From assembly GCA_048884965.1 (NCBI GenBank), contig JBHLQH010000037.1, positions 7,401-27,547 on the forward strand: a stretch of 20,147 nucleotides of DNA, in the 5' to 3' direction. Source of the stretch: Candidatus Thorarchaeota archaeon. GTDB taxonomy: Archaea; Asgardarchaeota; Thorarchaeia; Thorarchaeales; Thorarchaeaceae. The notes under the pieces are model-generated. The model was not told where the DNA came from, searched no databases, and saw only the letters and a list, made by a program, of their open reading frames with translations. Numbering within the stretch: position 1 is the first letter of the stretch; every line of letters begins with the position of its first letter. The position numbers and the translations under genes were made by a program. This document shows positions 7,916 to 17,111 of this stretch, piece by piece.

Positions 7916-8539
7916 CTATTTGTATTCTGTCTGCTCTCTGCTATTGCTTCGTAGAATCCGAATTTGCTCCCATGTTTGATGAGATGTTATTACAAGTACA
8001 ACAATACCACCGAGTAAGTAAACGAAACTCACCCAGAGGAGTATACGAGCTACAAGTGCTAATTGAAGGAACACTAGAATGTAGAGTGGTGAAACTTTCG
8101 CCCTCTTGGTTGACAGAATCCCCCGCTTATCCAATTCAACGAGAGAATATGCCGTAAGAATAGCACAAAGAAGTAGAAGAATACCTACCAATAGCCCTGC
8201 TTGATAATGCTGGTAATGGATGTATTCTGATTGATCATCGTTAATCGCGAATTGGAAGAATGGAATACCTACTGGCCAGCCAAGAGCAAGAATATAATTG
8301 AACAGACCTGCATCATAATCTCTGTATTGAAGGATAGTAAAAGGAAATGCAAAGGGTGGATATGCTCTTAGTGCAGTGTTGTTCTCCAAGGGTATATCAA
8401 GAATTGGAGGAAGATTCGCGCTCATTGCAATGATATACGATAGTATTAGACCTGCGCTCAGCAAGAAATAAAGCTTGGATTTAGCCTGATAGTCGACCAA
8501 GAACCATACAGCCACAAGCAACAAAATAACAAGAATCAT
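7916..8539 (-). CDS. Hypothetical multi-pass membrane protein
   Basis: 207-aa ORF with about five hydrophobic segments and no recognised family motif. Confidence 0.7.
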   Translation of the reverse strand: MILVILLLVAVWFLVDYQAKSKLYFLLSAGLILSYIIAMSANLPPILDIPLENNTALRAYPPFAFPFTILQYRDYDAGLFNYILALGWPVGIPFFQFAINDDQSEYIHYQHYQAGLLVGILLLLCAILTAYSLVELDKRGILSTKRAKVSPLYILVFLQLALVARILLWVSFVYLLGGIVVLVITSHQTWEQIRILRSNSREQTEYK

Positions 8540-8635
8540 CTCATGACCCTCGCCGTACCACTACATAGATTGTATGGTTTCCTTGAATATTATCATTTTG
8601 ATGCTTCAAATCTAGTACAATAATGGGATAGAATG

Positions 8636-9088
8636 CTATTTCAGTGCATGTAGAATAATTGCGGCAGTACCGGCAGGACCAATATCGACTCGTGCTTCAA
8701 GACTGACACACGCTCCTAGGTCCATCTCTTTCCTAGAGAACGAGCTGTTGCTCCCAGAGAGAATTATCACTATCTTTTCGCCCGATTCAACTTCTTTCTT
8801 CAACTCAGCAAGATTCACTCGTTCCTTAGTCAATACTGGGGAAGCGATCATGAGAGGTTTCTCAATCTCAAGTAACTCTAGCACATCATTGAGATCGGGG
8901 AGAACTATGAAGTTCTTCCTCATCTTCATCGCGAGTTTATTTGCATCAGGCACTCCGTTTTGTGCTGCTGATCCTTCTGCTCGAGATATAACGAAGTTAT
9001 GGAAGTCCAGCCCGTAGACAACTTGAGCGGTATCGATTATTTTACCAGCAGAGTGTACGTTATGTAGTACAATAAACACGTTCTTCAT
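8636..9088 (-). CDS. COG4080/DUF2122-type protein (SPOUT-like; often annotated 'RecB-family nuclease')
   Basis: IVLHNVHS, GSAAQNGVP, VLPDLNDVLE, SGSNSSFSRKE and DIGPAG pattern. ATG at 9088 preferred; TTG at 9100 possible. Confidence 0.7.
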   Translation of the reverse strand: MKNVFIVLHNVHSAGKIIDTAQVVYGLDFHNFVISRAEGSAAQNGVPDANKLAMKMRKNFIVLPDLNDVLELLEIEKPLMIASPVLTKERVNLAELKKEVESGEKIVIILSGSNSSFSRKEMDLGACVSLEARVDIGPAGTAAIILHALK

Positions 9089-9092
9089 ATCA

Positions 9093-10061
9093 TTACTCAA
9101 TGTAGAATTTTACCTCCTGTGCGATAAGATGGGATATTAGTGGAGGGACACTTTCCCCCACTTGATTGTATTGGCTCTGCAATGGTCCCAAGAAGACAAA
9201 GTCGTCAGGATAGGACATCAGGCGAGCATGCTCTCTTACAGTAAGTAGCCGATCTTCAAAGGGATGAATGTATCGGGATAGTCCGATGATAGAGGTAGCA
9301 TATCTATTGGGGTACAAACGGACCCAATTGGGCATCGTCTTCCCCTGTGATGCTCGAAAATGCTTTGCACCTTTACCCCAAGCAGTCTTACGTATCTGCT
9401 TCAGCTTCTCATCACTAACGGTATTATAGACATGGTTGGGCACTGGCTCGGGACAGGAGAATATCGCATCATATTCAAGGGATGGTAGGTCCCCTATGGT
9501 CTCCATCACAGTAGGAGGATTTCTCTTGGGAAGGCTGAATTTGATATTACTGATGAACAGTCTAAGACGTTTCGAGGGATTCCCATTTTGATGAGACCTT
9601 ACAAGGTTGAAATGGACTTCTTCAATCCCAGCTCGATGGAACTCTCTCAACGCGATATCGCGCCCTCCATTCTTCATCAGTGCAGCAACATTCTCGATGA
9701 TATATGCTCTTGGCGACAAGTCGCTAATCAAGCGAATAGTATCCAGTAGTAGACGAGCAGACCCTGTACCATATATCCTTTCAATGGCAGGAGCAGAACT
9801 GGTAGGATTCGCAAGACTGTACTCCTCACAAGGAGGTGATGCGATGATGATGTCAGGAGGACCACCCAGTACCTCAAGGATCTCGTTCGCGTGAAGAGAA
9901 CTGATATCTGACTGAATGACTTGTGTGTGGGGGTAGTTATGAGAGTAGGTTTCTAGAGGGAATGGGTCAAGTTCGATCGCAAGATGCTCTCCCTTGAAAA
10001 TCGAAGCGATACCATGAGAGAAACCACCGGCGCCACAGAATAGATCTAGAACTTTATACAT
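9093..10061 (-). CDS. C5-cytosine methyltransferase (Dcm-like), apparently orphan
   Basis: Motif I DLFCGAGG, IV SPPC, VI ENV, VIII SKRLRLF, IX LTVREHARLMSYPDDF, X QVGESVPP. Confidence 0.92.
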   Translation of the reverse strand: MYKVLDLFCGAGGFSHGIASIFKGEHLAIELDPFPLETYSHNYPHTQVIQSDISSLHANEILEVLGGPPDIIIASPPCEEYSLANPTSSAPAIERIYGTGSARLLLDTIRLISDLSPRAYIIENVAALMKNGGRDIALREFHRAGIEEVHFNLVRSHQNGNPSKRLRLFISNIKFSLPKRNPPTVMETIGDLPSLEYDAIFSCPEPVPNHVYNTVSDEKLKQIRKTAWGKGAKHFRASQGKTMPNWVRLYPNRYATSIIGLSRYIHPFEDRLLTVREHARLMSYPDDFVFLGPLQSQYNQVGESVPPLISHLIAQEVKFYIE

Positions 10062-10236
10062 ACTCGTACCATCACAGACTTTGTCTGACTTCCAGATATG
10101 ATGGTTTCTTTATCAAGGGTGGCATATGAAACGACTGAAAGCAGGAAATTCACTGGGATTCTGTTATTGTCGAAGGAAGAGTTCAAAAGCACCGACTTGA
10201 TACGAGCCTTTCACAGCTTGGATTGAGTGTGAAACA

Positions 10237-11178
10237 ATGGGTGTTGGAGCTGGTCATGGAAAAAGCATCCTTTTCGGAGAGCACTTTGTAGTCTATGGTA
10301 TGCCATCTTTGGCAGCTGGGATAGACTCAGTAACAACTGCTAAGGTCATGCGAAAGGAATGGCCCGGATGGACCCTTGATGATAATCGACCAGAGGTCCC
10401 GGGATATAAAGAGAAAAAGATGGATGAGCAGACAGAGTCCATCAATAATGTGCTTCGATTCCTAGAAGTTGATACTTCAGAGCAGGGCATTCACATTGAG
10501 CTTGGTGGAGACCTCATCTGTGCATCAGGATTCGGAGCAAGTGCAGCTAGCTGTGTGTCACTTGCACGAGCCTTGAATGAGGAGTTCAATCTCGGTCTCG
10601 ATGACTCGAAGATAAACCAAGCTGCCTTTGAAGGCGAAAAGGGATACCATGGGACACCATCAGGGATTGATAACACTGCATCTACCTATGGAGGATTGGT
10701 CTGGTACATTAGAGACCTGAAAGGCGGACCACCATCTTTCAAGCCAATCAAGCTGGATGAATCAGTACATTTTGTCATTGCTTCAACTGGAATCACTGCT
10801 AGCACGACTGAAGTCGTTGGTGATGTGAGGAAGAAGAAGGATGCAGACCCAGATTGGTTTGACACTATAGCAAAGGAGTACGAAGCATTGGTTAACAGCG
10901 CATTGGATGCACTGAGAAGCAATGACTTGCAGAAAGTAGGTTACTTGATGAATCGGAACCATGAGCTCTTACAAGAATTGACGGTATCCTGCAAAGAGCT
11001 TGATCATCTAGTGGATGTAGCTCGCAAGAACGGAGCACTGGGTGCAAAAATGACTGGTACTGGTAGAGGCGGAAACATGATAGCTATTGCAGGAGATAAA
11101 GCCACAAGAGATAGCATTGCAACCGCACTGGAGAGCAGTGGAGCAGCCTTTGTGATTAAGACATCATTTGGTACATAG
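10237..11178 (+). CDS. mvk: Mevalonate kinase (GHMP family)
   Basis: GKSILFGEHFVVYG, SGFGASAA, HGTPSGIDN, GAKMTGTGRGG. Confidence 0.95.
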   Translation: MGVGAGHGKSILFGEHFVVYGMPSLAAGIDSVTTAKVMRKEWPGWTLDDNRPEVPGYKEKKMDEQTESINNVLRFLEVDTSEQGIHIELGGDLICASGFGASAASCVSLARALNEEFNLGLDDSKINQAAFEGEKGYHGTPSGIDNTASTYGGLVWYIRDLKGGPPSFKPIKLDESVHFVIASTGITASTTEVVGDVRKKKDADPDWFDTIAKEYEALVNSALDALRSNDLQKVGYLMNRNHELLQELTVSCKELDHLVDVARKNGALGAKMTGTGRGGNMIAIAGDKATRDSIATALESSGAAFVIKTSFGT

Positions 11179-11189
11179 CTGGAGGTATT

Positions 11190-12500
11190 TTGATGATACT
11201 TGAGAACTACCTGAAAGTATTAGCAGAGAGAGGAGCACTTACAACGATAAAGAAGCAGATCTCAAAGAACTATGAGATTGCAGGAGTCCTGAAATCCTTA
11301 GAACCGACCCCAGTCCTATTTGAGGATGTGAAGGAGTCTGAGTTCAGAGTAGCAGGGAATCTCTTCTGTACGAAAGGACAGATCGCAGACTACTTTGGGA
11401 TCAGGACTGAAGACATTATTCCAACCCTTGCGCAAGCTATTGGAAACAGAAGCGTTCCTGAGGAGGTTGATGATGCTCCATGCCAAGAGGTCATCGAAAG
11501 CGCTGTTGACCTTGATAAATTGCCTATCCTATTGCACAACAAGGTGGATGGCGGGCCCTACATCTCGTCAGGTGTAGTAGTGTCGTCAGACCCTGAGTTT
11601 GGTCAGAATCTCGATTTTCATCGTGCTATGCAGCTGGAGAAAGACAAGATGGTCGCAAGGGTGGTTTCAGGACGCGATTTCGCCAAGTTCTTGGAGCGGA
11701 ATGGTGAGGTCGATGTAGCATTCTGTATTGGGAACACCCCTGAAGTGCTTATCGCAGCAGCTACTTCCGTGGAAACTGGCGTGAATGAGCTTGAGATTGC
11801 CAATGCTCTGAAACCAATTAAGGTAACGAAGGCAAAGACTGTGGACCTTCTGATTCCAGCGGAGTCCGAGTTTGTACTCGAAGGACGCATGTACCTCAAG
11901 GAGAGAACCAAAGAGGGCCCATTCATCGATCTAACTGAAACAGTTGATGTGATTAGGGAAGAGCCAGTCTTTGAAGTCAAGAAAATCACTCATAGGAAGT
12001 CTGCTATCTGGCAAGGTCTCCTGCCAGGACGGTCTGAGCATAAGGTCCTCATGGGCATGCCTAGAGAGCCAACTGTCTTCAGGAAAATCAAGGAACGAGG
12101 CATCAATGTGCTTGACGTGAATATCACACCAGGAGGGTCTAGCTGGCTACATGTCGCCATCAAAGTGAAGAAAGAGAACGAAGATGATGGTTTGAAAGCA
12201 ATTGAGGCTGCCTTTGCCGGACATACAAGCGCAAAACATGTCTGGGTCTACGATGAGGATATAGACATCTACAATGAGGAAGAGAGAGAATGGGCAATGG
12301 CCACTAGATTCCAAGCAGACGTGGACCTTCTTCTCAAGGATAAGGAACCCGGTTCGAGTCTGGATCCAAGTGCTGATCCCGGCACGAAATTGACGACAAA
12401 AGTAGGATTCGATTGCACGAAACCGATTGAAGTCAAGGAAGGAAAGTCCTTCGATAAGGCAGATTTTCCGACAGTTGATCTTGATAGATTCCTTGGGTGA
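11190..12500 (+). CDS. UbiD-family decarboxylase, likely anhydromevalonate phosphate decarboxylase
   Basis: DGGPYISSG, FHR, EFVLEG, EGPFIDLT, WAMATRFQ, GSSLDPS and KVGFDCT motifs. SD GGAGG at 11181. Lies between mvk and aconitase X genes. Confidence 0.88.
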   Translation: MMILENYLKVLAERGALTTIKKQISKNYEIAGVLKSLEPTPVLFEDVKESEFRVAGNLFCTKGQIADYFGIRTEDIIPTLAQAIGNRSVPEEVDDAPCQEVIESAVDLDKLPILLHNKVDGGPYISSGVVVSSDPEFGQNLDFHRAMQLEKDKMVARVVSGRDFAKFLERNGEVDVAFCIGNTPEVLIAAATSVETGVNELEIANALKPIKVTKAKTVDLLIPAESEFVLEGRMYLKERTKEGPFIDLTETVDVIREEPVFEVKKITHRKSAIWQGLLPGRSEHKVLMGMPREPTVFRKIKERGINVLDVNITPGGSSWLHVAIKVKKENEDDGLKAIEAAFAGHTSAKHVWVYDEDIDIYNEEEREWAMATRFQADVDLLLKDKEPGSSLDPSADPGTKLTTKVGFDCTKPIEVKEGKSFDKADFPTVDLDRFLG

Positions 12501-13693
12501 TTATGATGGGACTGAAACTAACGCCTGAAGAGAAAGATATGCTTGAAGGGAAATATGGCAGAGCGACAAAGAAATCGATGGATCTCATTGTGAATTTGGG
12601 AGAGATTTACGGAGCAGAGCGATTGATACCCATCTCAAGCGTCCAGATAGCAGGGGTTTCCTATCACAATCTTGGTGAGGCCGGTCTTGAATATCTGGCA
12701 GATATGGCGATTGATGGGAAAGTCCGTGTATTGACGACACTCAATCCGGCAGGAATGGACCTTGAAGAGTGGAAGAAGCATGGCATAAGTGAAGACTTCG
12801 CAGTGAACCAGCAACGGGTCGTTGATGCATTTGCCCGAATGGGTGTGATTACTACCTGTACTTGCACACCATATCTGATAGGGAATCTTCCACATTTCGG
12901 GGAACATATCGCATGGGCTGAATCATCTGCGGTATGCTTTGCCAACTCAGTAATTGGAGCTCGTACGAATAGAGAGGGAGGTCCAAGTGCACTGGCAGCA
13001 GCGCTTACTGGAAGGACTGCGGAGTATGACCTTCACTTGGATGAGAACAGAATTGCACAGGTCAAGTATGATATCAGAGCAGAATTGCAAAACACTGATG
13101 ACTTTGGTCTTCTTGGACACGTCATTGGTGAACGTACAAGAAAGGCGATCCCCTATATCACAGGAATTCCTCATGCAACGACTGAAGAATTGAAGTCATT
13201 TTGCGCATCTGTTGCCACCTATGGAGGTGTCGCAATCTTCCATATTGAAGGAATCACACCCAATAGAACGACTATTCCTGAAGAGATTGAGATTGTCACA
13301 CAAGACGATCTAGATCAGGCAAGAAAGGCATTGGATGATGAAGGTGCTGAGATCGATTTCATCAGCATCGGGTGTCCTCATGCGAGTATCAAGGAGATTG
13401 CAGAGATAGCAGAGATGCTTGCTGGAAAGGAGGTAGTTGAGGGAAAGACTGTATGGATTACCACTGCTAGACCTACAAAGGACCTTGCCAAGAAGATGGG
13501 GTATTATGATACGATAGAGAAAGCAGGCGCATTTCTTGTTAGTGATGCGTGTTGTGCCGTGGCACCACTGAAGGGACGGTTCAAAGGACTCATGACTGAT
13601 TCTGCCAAGGCCTGTTTCTACGCTCGAGGTAAGAATGACTTCAGAACGGAGATTCGAACAATTGAGGAGTGCATCAAGGAGGCTACAGCATGA
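12497..13693 (+). CDS. Aconitase X large subunit, likely phosphomevalonate dehydratase large subunit
   Basis: GVSYHNLG, TTLNPAG, CTCTPY, AESSAV, NREGG, GCPH and DACC motifs. Start may be ATG 12503 or 12506. Confidence 0.9.
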   Translation: MIMMGLKLTPEEKDMLEGKYGRATKKSMDLIVNLGEIYGAERLIPISSVQIAGVSYHNLGEAGLEYLADMAIDGKVRVLTTLNPAGMDLEEWKKHGISEDFAVNQQRVVDAFARMGVITTCTCTPYLIGNLPHFGEHIAWAESSAVCFANSVIGARTNREGGPSALAAALTGRTAEYDLHLDENRIAQVKYDIRAELQNTDDFGLLGHVIGERTRKAIPYITGIPHATTEELKSFCASVATYGGVAIFHIEGITPNRTTIPEEIEIVTQDDLDQARKALDDEGAEIDFISIGCPHASIKEIAEIAEMLAGKEVVEGKTVWITTARPTKDLAKKMGYYDTIEKAGAFLVSDACCAVAPLKGRFKGLMTDSAKACFYARGKNDFRTEIRTIEECIKEATA

Positions 13694-14073
13694 AAGGAAG
13701 AAAGATCTTTGGAGGGAAGGTGCATGGAGAGATACTTGCAACCAAGGATGACATATCGTTCTATGGTGGATGTGATCCTGAAACAGGAGTCATTGTAGAG
13801 AAAGGACATGAACTGGAGGGACAGTCGATTACTGGAAAGGTGCTGGTATTTCCAACTGGAAAGGGATCTACTGTAGGCTCCTATGTGCTCTACGCCCTTA
13901 GCAAAGCAGGTAAGGCTCCCCTTGCAATACTCAACAAATCAACAGACCCTATCGTGGCTGTGGGTTGCATAATCTCAGATATCCCTGCAGTAGACCAGAT
14001 TGACATTGAGGGACTGAAGACAGGACAAAAAGTAGAGATAGACGCCGATAACGGCGTCGTATCAGTCATCTAG
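13690..14073 (+). CDS. Aconitase X small (swiveling) subunit, likely phosphomevalonate dehydratase small subunit
   Basis: ISFYGGCDPETG and GKGSTVGSYVL motifs. ATGA overlap with the large subunit supports a start at 13690. Confidence 0.9.
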   Translation: MKGRKIFGGKVHGEILATKDDISFYGGCDPETGVIVEKGHELEGQSITGKVLVFPTGKGSTVGSYVLYALSKAGKAPLAILNKSTDPIVAVGCIISDIPAVDQIDIEGLKTGQKVEIDADNGVVSVI

Positions 14074-14708
14074 AACCTTGACACTTGTGGCTCAAAGTCA
14101 TCAGCAGTAAAGGCAGACTCACCTTCAGGTGCAATCTCGCCTCGTTCTCTGAGAACCTGTCTTGCCATTAGGAAGTAGATTAGTGCAAGAGCCTTTCGAC
14201 CACGGTTATTGCTAGGAATCACTAGGTCGACATTTGTTGTGACGTTGTCTGTGTCGCAAAGTGCGATCACTGGAACACCAATCCTACCAGCCTCAGAAAG
14301 AGCCTGCTGGTCGGTTCGTGGGTCAGTGAGAATGACAAGTTCGGGCTCTATGTACACCCTTGGACCTGCAATATTGGGGTTGGTCAGAGTACCGGGAACA
14401 AATCTATCAGTAAAGGCGTGTGCACCAATGTATCCAGCAAAGGCCTGGACAGGACGTTTACCGTAGACACGACCTGATATCACAACAATCTTGTCAGGGT
14501 CAATCCTAGAAATGAACTTGGCTGCTGTTCTGATTCGTTCATCTGTCTTTCTGACGTCCAACACGTATAGACCAATGGGTCTCTGCCTATACACAAATGG
14601 TTCCATGTCTTGGGTCTTGACTTGAGTCCCAATATGACAACCTGCTGCCAGGTACTTGTCCATTTGAGTGAGTAATTCTACCTCTGAAATTTCACCTTCA
14701 CCAATCAA
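14070..14708 (-). CDS. rps2: 30S ribosomal protein uS2
   Basis: [39 protein letters not shown]. Confidence 0.97.
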   Translation of the reverse strand: MIGEGEISEVELLTQMDKYLAAGCHIGTQVKTQDMEPFVYRQRPIGLYVLDVRKTDERIRTAAKFISRIDPDKIVVISGRVYGKRPVQAFAGYIGAHAFTDRFVPGTLTNPNIAGPRVYIEPELVILTDPRTDQQALSEAGRIGVPVIALCDTDNVTTNVDLVIPSNNRGRKALALIYFLMARQVLRERGEIAPEGESAFTADDFEPQVSRF

Positions 14709-14923
14709 TGCTTAGCCTCCGTACCATCTGCAGTAGCAAATGCCATGAAATTATCAATAATGTCAATATGCGACAACAGCATTCTGCGACAACAATATCT
14801 ATTGAAGCCCAATCTATCAAGAACGACAGCCGGGTCCTCCCCTTGTCGTACTTCTCGCTTGAACTGCTCATACCTGTCAGCAATTACTTTGCCACACGTG
14901 AAACAGCGTACTGGTACTATCAT
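14705..14923 (-). CDS. rpoN: RNA polymerase subunit N (Rpo10)
   Basis: [12 protein letters not shown]...[11 protein letters not shown]. Confidence 0.98.
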   Translation of the reverse strand: MIVPVRCFTCGKVIADRYEQFKREVRQGEDPAVVLDRLGFNRYCCRRMLLSHIDIIDNFMAFATADGTEAKH

Positions 14924-14934
14924 CTTATTGTCGC

Positions 14935-15333
14935 CTACCTGTATGATTTCTGGTATCGTGATCGTGCTGAGGGACCGCCGAACTTCTTGGGCTCAGTACG
15001 TCGCGGGTCACCGACGATCATCGTTCTGTCGTGCTCGACCATCCGTGACCTTGCCTCAAAGTCTTGACTCATCTTGACCAGACCTGTAGCTACAGCCATC
15101 CGAACTGCATCAGCCTGACTCATGAAGCCTCCTCCACGGACTCTCACTCTGATGTCGTAGCGCTTCCAACCCTCACCAAAGATAACCAAGGGCTCCATGA
15201 TGCGCATCTTAGCGACATCGGGTTGTAGGATCTCAAGAGGTTGACCATTGATTCGAATGCGGCCTGCGCCATTCCTTACAGTTGCCTTAGCAAGAGAGGT
15301 CTTACGCTTACCAGTTGAAACAACTACACGCAT
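14935..15333 (-). CDS. rps9: 30S ribosomal protein uS9
   Basis: [33 protein letters not shown]. Start reassigned to ATG 15333, which follows SD GGAGGTG. Confidence 0.97.
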   Translation of the reverse strand: MRVVVSTGKRKTSLAKATVRNGAGRIRINGQPLEILQPDVAKMRIMEPLVIFGEGWKRYDIRVRVRGGGFMSQADAVRMAVATGLVKMSQDFEARSRMVEHDRTMIVGDPRRTEPKKFGGPSARSRYQKSYR

Positions 15334-15334
15334 C

Positions 15335-15787
15335 TTATGCCACCTCCGGGTTTCTCCAGCCAAGTTCATGACTGAGATCACCAACTGTGATGTATTTCCT
15401 TGTAAGACTTCGGTATTTTGAGTCTTCCAGCACTATCTTCTCCTTGTCTACATATTCCTCTGGAACGCCCATGAATACATGAATGCGCTTCAATGCATCC
15501 CTACCTCTTGGCCTTGGCCAAGGTAGCATTCCACGGATTATCTTGCGTACCATTCTATCAGGACGTCGTTGATGGAAAGGTCCTTTCCTTGGATTGTATG
15601 AGGTCCTGATGTTTGTCTTTGCTTTCCATGCATCAATCACTGTACGTCGGTTACCAGTAATGATCGCCTTCTCAATATTGACGATGACGACCTTATCGCC
15701 TAGCAAAGCAGCTTTCGCAGCCTTTGCGCCTAGTCTGCCGACGACTATGTTCTCCGCATCGAAGATCTTTATCGTTTGTTCGCTCAT
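15335..15787 (-). CDS. rpl13: 50S ribosomal protein uL13
   Basis: DAENIVVGRL, GPFHQRRPD, IRGMLP. Confidence 0.96.
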   Translation of the reverse strand: MSEQTIKIFDAENIVVGRLGAKAAKAALLGDKVVIVNIEKAIITGNRRTVIDAWKAKTNIRTSYNPRKGPFHQRRPDRMVRKIIRGMLPWPRPRGRDALKRIHVFMGVPEEYVDKEKIVLEDSKYRSLTRKYITVGDLSHELGWRNPEVA

Positions 15788-15796
15788 CTAGACCAC

Positions 15797-16159
15797 CTAC
15801 GTAATAATAACAACGCCCTTTCCTTTCGGTTCTTTCGAAAGGAGTTCGTTAATCGATATTAATGAACCACCTGCACCGACAATCACAGACCTGGCACTGG
15901 CTGACGCATTCAGGGCAGCTACAGTGACCTTGTGTGGTAGGCTACCAGAACCAAGCACCTTTCCAGGCACAATGACGATATCACCATCATGTGTGTACCG
16001 TCCAATTTTCCCAACATTGACTGTGGGACGCTTTCTGGCAGGTCGGGATAGGAGTTCAGCTACTCTTTTCCATATTCCTACGTCATGTTTTGTTGACGTT
16101 TTCTTCAGCGCGTTAATCAATGCGCGCGTATTAGGGTCAGTTGCTCCAGACTGTACCAT
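15797..16159 (-). CDS. rpl18e: 50S ribosomal protein eL18
   Basis: TDPN, IWKRVAELL, VNVGKI, VPGKVLGSG. Confidence 0.96.
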   Translation of the reverse strand: MVQSGATDPNTRALINALKKTSTKHDVGIWKRVAELLSRPARKRPTVNVGKIGRYTHDGDIVIVPGKVLGSGSLPHKVTVAALNASASARSVIVGAGGSLISINELLSKEPKGKGVVIIT

Positions 16160-16170
16160 TTTTAGTTCCC

Positions 16171-16971
16171 TCAGAGTGAATTTGCGAAGTCAAGAGCCAC
16201 CTGTATTCGCTCCTTGAGCAGCTCGGCTGATTTTACCACGATCTCCTCAGGGGGAAGTGAACCTGTTGACTCAACCTTGAACAGGAAAGTATCTGGTTTC
16301 GAGTCAATTGTAATGGCTCCGGGTTCACACTCTTCGACACATGCCTCGCACAGAGAACAATCGAGTGTATTCTGTGTAGCAATGGTGTCTCCATCGAGCC
16401 TCAGAATCTTCTTTGGACAGACCTCAACACAGTCACCGCACTGATTGCATTTCGACTTATCAACAGTGACTACTGGCACGTACTTATAGGCAACTGTGGC
16501 AACTGGTTGGAATTTGGCATTTTCAACGCCTCTTCCAAGCCTTGCGTAGGCCTCAATTATAACCCGCTGGTGTGGTGCCAACTTAACGAGAGGAATGTCT
16601 CCTGAGGCGGGAACTACCTTCGGATCTTGAGAGGATAGGTCTCGAGAGTAAACCATCGCGTCTTCGTTTCCGGCTTCCTTTTCGAGAGTTAGTGTGCATT
16701 GACACAGACTGCATCCTTTCCCTTCACAATCACATTCATCGGGGAGGTTATAGTCATCAAGAACTGTCGTCAAAGGGACCAACCCGAGTCGATGTGCCAG
16801 CATCTCATCATACATGACGCTGGTGTTCTCTAATACTAGTACCTCATCGATGCACATCGCAGGTAATCTTGTCAACATGGTCCTGCGTAGGGCATTTGCG
16901 AAGGATACATCGACCCCTTCTAACAGGAAATGCACATCCCGTTCGGTCTTATGCAAAATGGTAATTTCCAC
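16171..16971 (-). CDS. rpoD: RNA polymerase subunit D (Rpo3) with ferredoxin-like domain
   Basis: FANALRR, ENTSVMYDEMLAHRLGLVPL, FKVESTGSL, plus CNQCGDCVEVCP and CSLCEACVEEC. GTG start. Confidence 0.97.
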   Translation of the reverse strand: MEITILHKTERDVHFLLEGVDVSFANALRRTMLTRLPAMCIDEVLVLENTSVMYDEMLAHRLGLVPLTTVLDDYNLPDECDCEGKGCSLCQCTLTLEKEAGNEDAMVYSRDLSSQDPKVVPASGDIPLVKLAPHQRVIIEAYARLGRGVENAKFQPVATVAYKYVPVVTVDKSKCNQCGDCVEVCPKKILRLDGDTIATQNTLDCSLCEACVEECEPGAITIDSKPDTFLFKVESTGSLPPEEIVVKSAELLKERIQVALDFANSL

Positions 16972-17103
16972 TTTGAATCACATCCGATAGTAGTTCGATA
17001 TTGAACACTCAAAAGACACTGTTGTAGGACAGACTCGCTATAGGATTCTGTATCGAATAGCTCTATCGCCAATGTCCTGAGCAAATGCTGCACTTTTTTA
17101 TTC

Positions 17104-17111
17104 ATATAAAA
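17104..17111 (-). promoter_or_regulatory. Candidate TATA box of the rpoD operon
   Basis: The minus strand reads CGAATGC-TTTTATAT, implying a transcription start near 17080. Confidence 0.5.

Noticed and set aside
8636-10061. Type II restriction-modification system
   Set aside because: The partner gene shows no convincing nuclease motif and looks SPOUT-like.
7880-10100. Integrated mobile element at tRNA-Pro carrying the methyltransferase
   Set aside because: No duplicated tRNA 3' end, integrase or transposase was seen.
15334-15384. 17-aa N-terminal extension of uS9
   Set aside because: Overlaps rpl13, and a strong SD precedes ATG 15333.
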